A stretch of DNA of 63,856 bases, the filler included, from Reclinomonas americana ATCC 50394 (Eukaryota), in NCBI GenBank assembly GCA_048213135.1. It is 15 parts of 15 records of this genome, joined end to end, with 100 filler letters (N's around TTAATTAATTAA, not from the genome) between each part and the next. Parts side by side here need not be neighbours in the genome. Positions count along the whole stretch, not along the records: positions 62,256 to 63,856 come from AFZH01023125.1; 14 more parts are not named here. One strand, 5' to 3'. Under the pieces are notes generated by a model. The model was not told the DNA's origin. It saw nothing but the letters and a program-made list of their open reading frames with translations, and searched no databases. Below, one piece after another: positions 62,256 to 63,856 of this stretch. The position numbers and the translations under genes were made by a program. The number at the start of each line of letters is the position of its first letter. The first letter of the stretch is position 1.

Positions 62256-63856
62256 AACCACCTACCAGTCCGCCCAGCCGCAGTGATGCGCAGTTGGTTG
62301 CCTCCAGAAATGTTGAACCAGGCACCGTGTGGTCCGCCCACTATCGAAAACGTGTACGACTGGCCAGTGACCACAGGCGACGGCACGCTGAGCGTCCCCA
62401 CCACTACCTGAGCAACAGATGGTGACGTATATGTTCCCGGAGTCAGGTTGATGAACACTGGTGCGGGTGGCATAACCACCGTCACAAGCACGGTGCCAGT
62501 GGCACTCAGAACACCACCTGTACCCTGTGCTCCGCCAGAGTTGCCATCGCTGAAAGTCCACCGCATCAGCGCCGTCGACGCAGGTGCAGCACTGGGGTTT
62601 GCGTACGCAATCTGCTGCATCGCTGCATTCACCAGCGCGTTTGTCGCGCTGCCGTTGAACGTGAGCACAACCGTGCCGCCACTGTTGGTCGTGACTGTGC
62701 CAATGACCGTGCCGCCAACGGTACACGTGCCGCCCTCAGTTAGTGCTCCAAGAGTGCCCATGGCGGAAAACACGTCCTGCGCACTGGCACCGCCATCACG
62801 CGCCACCGTGCATGTCGCACCAGAAAAGTTGTTGAGAAGGCTCAGTTCGGCGTCGGAGATTGTCATGCTGCTGACGACCGCAATGCCACTGCCGCTTGCA
62901 TAGTACGTGGCAGAAGAGCTGGCCGACGCGGCGACCGGCGCGTCGTTGATGCTGGTCACCGTCAGCGAGGCAGTCTGGGTCGCTGTACTGAAGGCCGTCA
63001 GCCCACCGTTCGAGCTCGCGTCTGCCTGCGACCCTGCTGCACCTCCGTCAGTCTGGTCCCAGGCACGGAAAGTCACTCCCGCTGTGCCACCAATGACAGT
63101 GTCTGGCAAGAACCGAACCCTGTCAGTGTCTCGCAACAACAGCGCCGCCGTGCTGCTCAGGCCGCCAGGCATGTTGCTCCATGAGCTGCCGTTGTCCAGT
63201 GAATACTGCCACACACCACTGCCTGTGACACTGACACCCGTCACGGCAACGCCCTTTGCCGACGCGCGCGACGCGTCTGCATCTGTCACACGTCCACTGA
63301 TGACAGCCGACACCAAGTCGCCCGAGTTGCTCGTCTGATCCTCGGTGATGGCACTCAGTGCGTTTGCTCCAGTCAGTGCTGGGGCGGTGTTTGGGCTCGC
63401 GGTAATGGACCACATTTTGGAAGCGATCAACGAGCTGCGGGCGGTGCTTCCAGTGGGACCGTAGAACACGCCAGAGGCCCCCAGCGTGACGGCTGACTTG
63501 ACGTTCTGAGCGGCCCAGCCGACCAGAATGGCATTGAAGTTGGGCACACTCAGACCGCTGCTGTCCAACATGTTGCTCATCGAGGTCACTTGGGTCACAT
63601 TCCACCCGCCAATGTTCCGATTGAATGCCGCCGCCACGTAGAACATGCCTGCCATGTTGGTGACGGCAGCAGTGTTCCATCCGCCAATGTTCTGGTTGAA
63701 CACCGTCGCGCTACGGAACATGGCCGACATATCGGTAACGGCAGCAGTGTTCCATCCGCCAATGTTCTGGTTGAACGCCGTCGCCCCGTAGAACATGCTC
63801 GACATGTTGGTGACGGCAGCAGTGTTCCACCCGCCAATGTTCTGGTTGAACGCCGT
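62256..63856 (-). CDS. BspA-like/DUF285 + Ig/cadherin adhesin (copy 2, runs off the window)
   Basis: Translation nearly identical to 55292-57075 with scattered substitutions. Confidence 0.92.

Overview
Draft-assembly scaffold from an intron-rich, GC-rich microbial eukaryote. Contigs are joined by 14 artificial 100-nt N/TTAATTAATTAA spacers, and some contig ends carry TACG-type pyrosequencing noise. Introns are short (about 65-80 nt) and often have non-consensus donors (GTTGCG, GTTTGT). Host genes include a four-domain-type voltage-gated Ca/Na channel, a very long EF-hand + PGP (SHIPPO/ODF3) repeat protein, an ARK-like kinesin with an IQ motif, a Kin82/Nrc-2/phototropin-type AGC kinase, a TMEM260-like gene, NXT1, OTUD6B, an EF-hand/CBM/sucrose-phosphatase-like fusion and a truncated class-V aminotransferase. 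Two accessory structures stand out. (1) An ~18 kb mosaic (27.4-45.3 kb) is bracketed by a ~2 kb direct duplication of host DNA. It contains an intronless, partly decayed endogenous DNA-virus segment (divergent double-jelly-roll major capsid protein, a fibre/beta-helix gene, a small basic protein, orphan ORFs), a novel 4x tandem-domain gene and gene fragments. (2) A tandemly duplicated, bacterial-type BspA/DUF285 + Ig/cadherin adhesin gene appears to end in intron-containing PAN/Apple exons. All assignments are from motif recognition by eye; no database searches were run.
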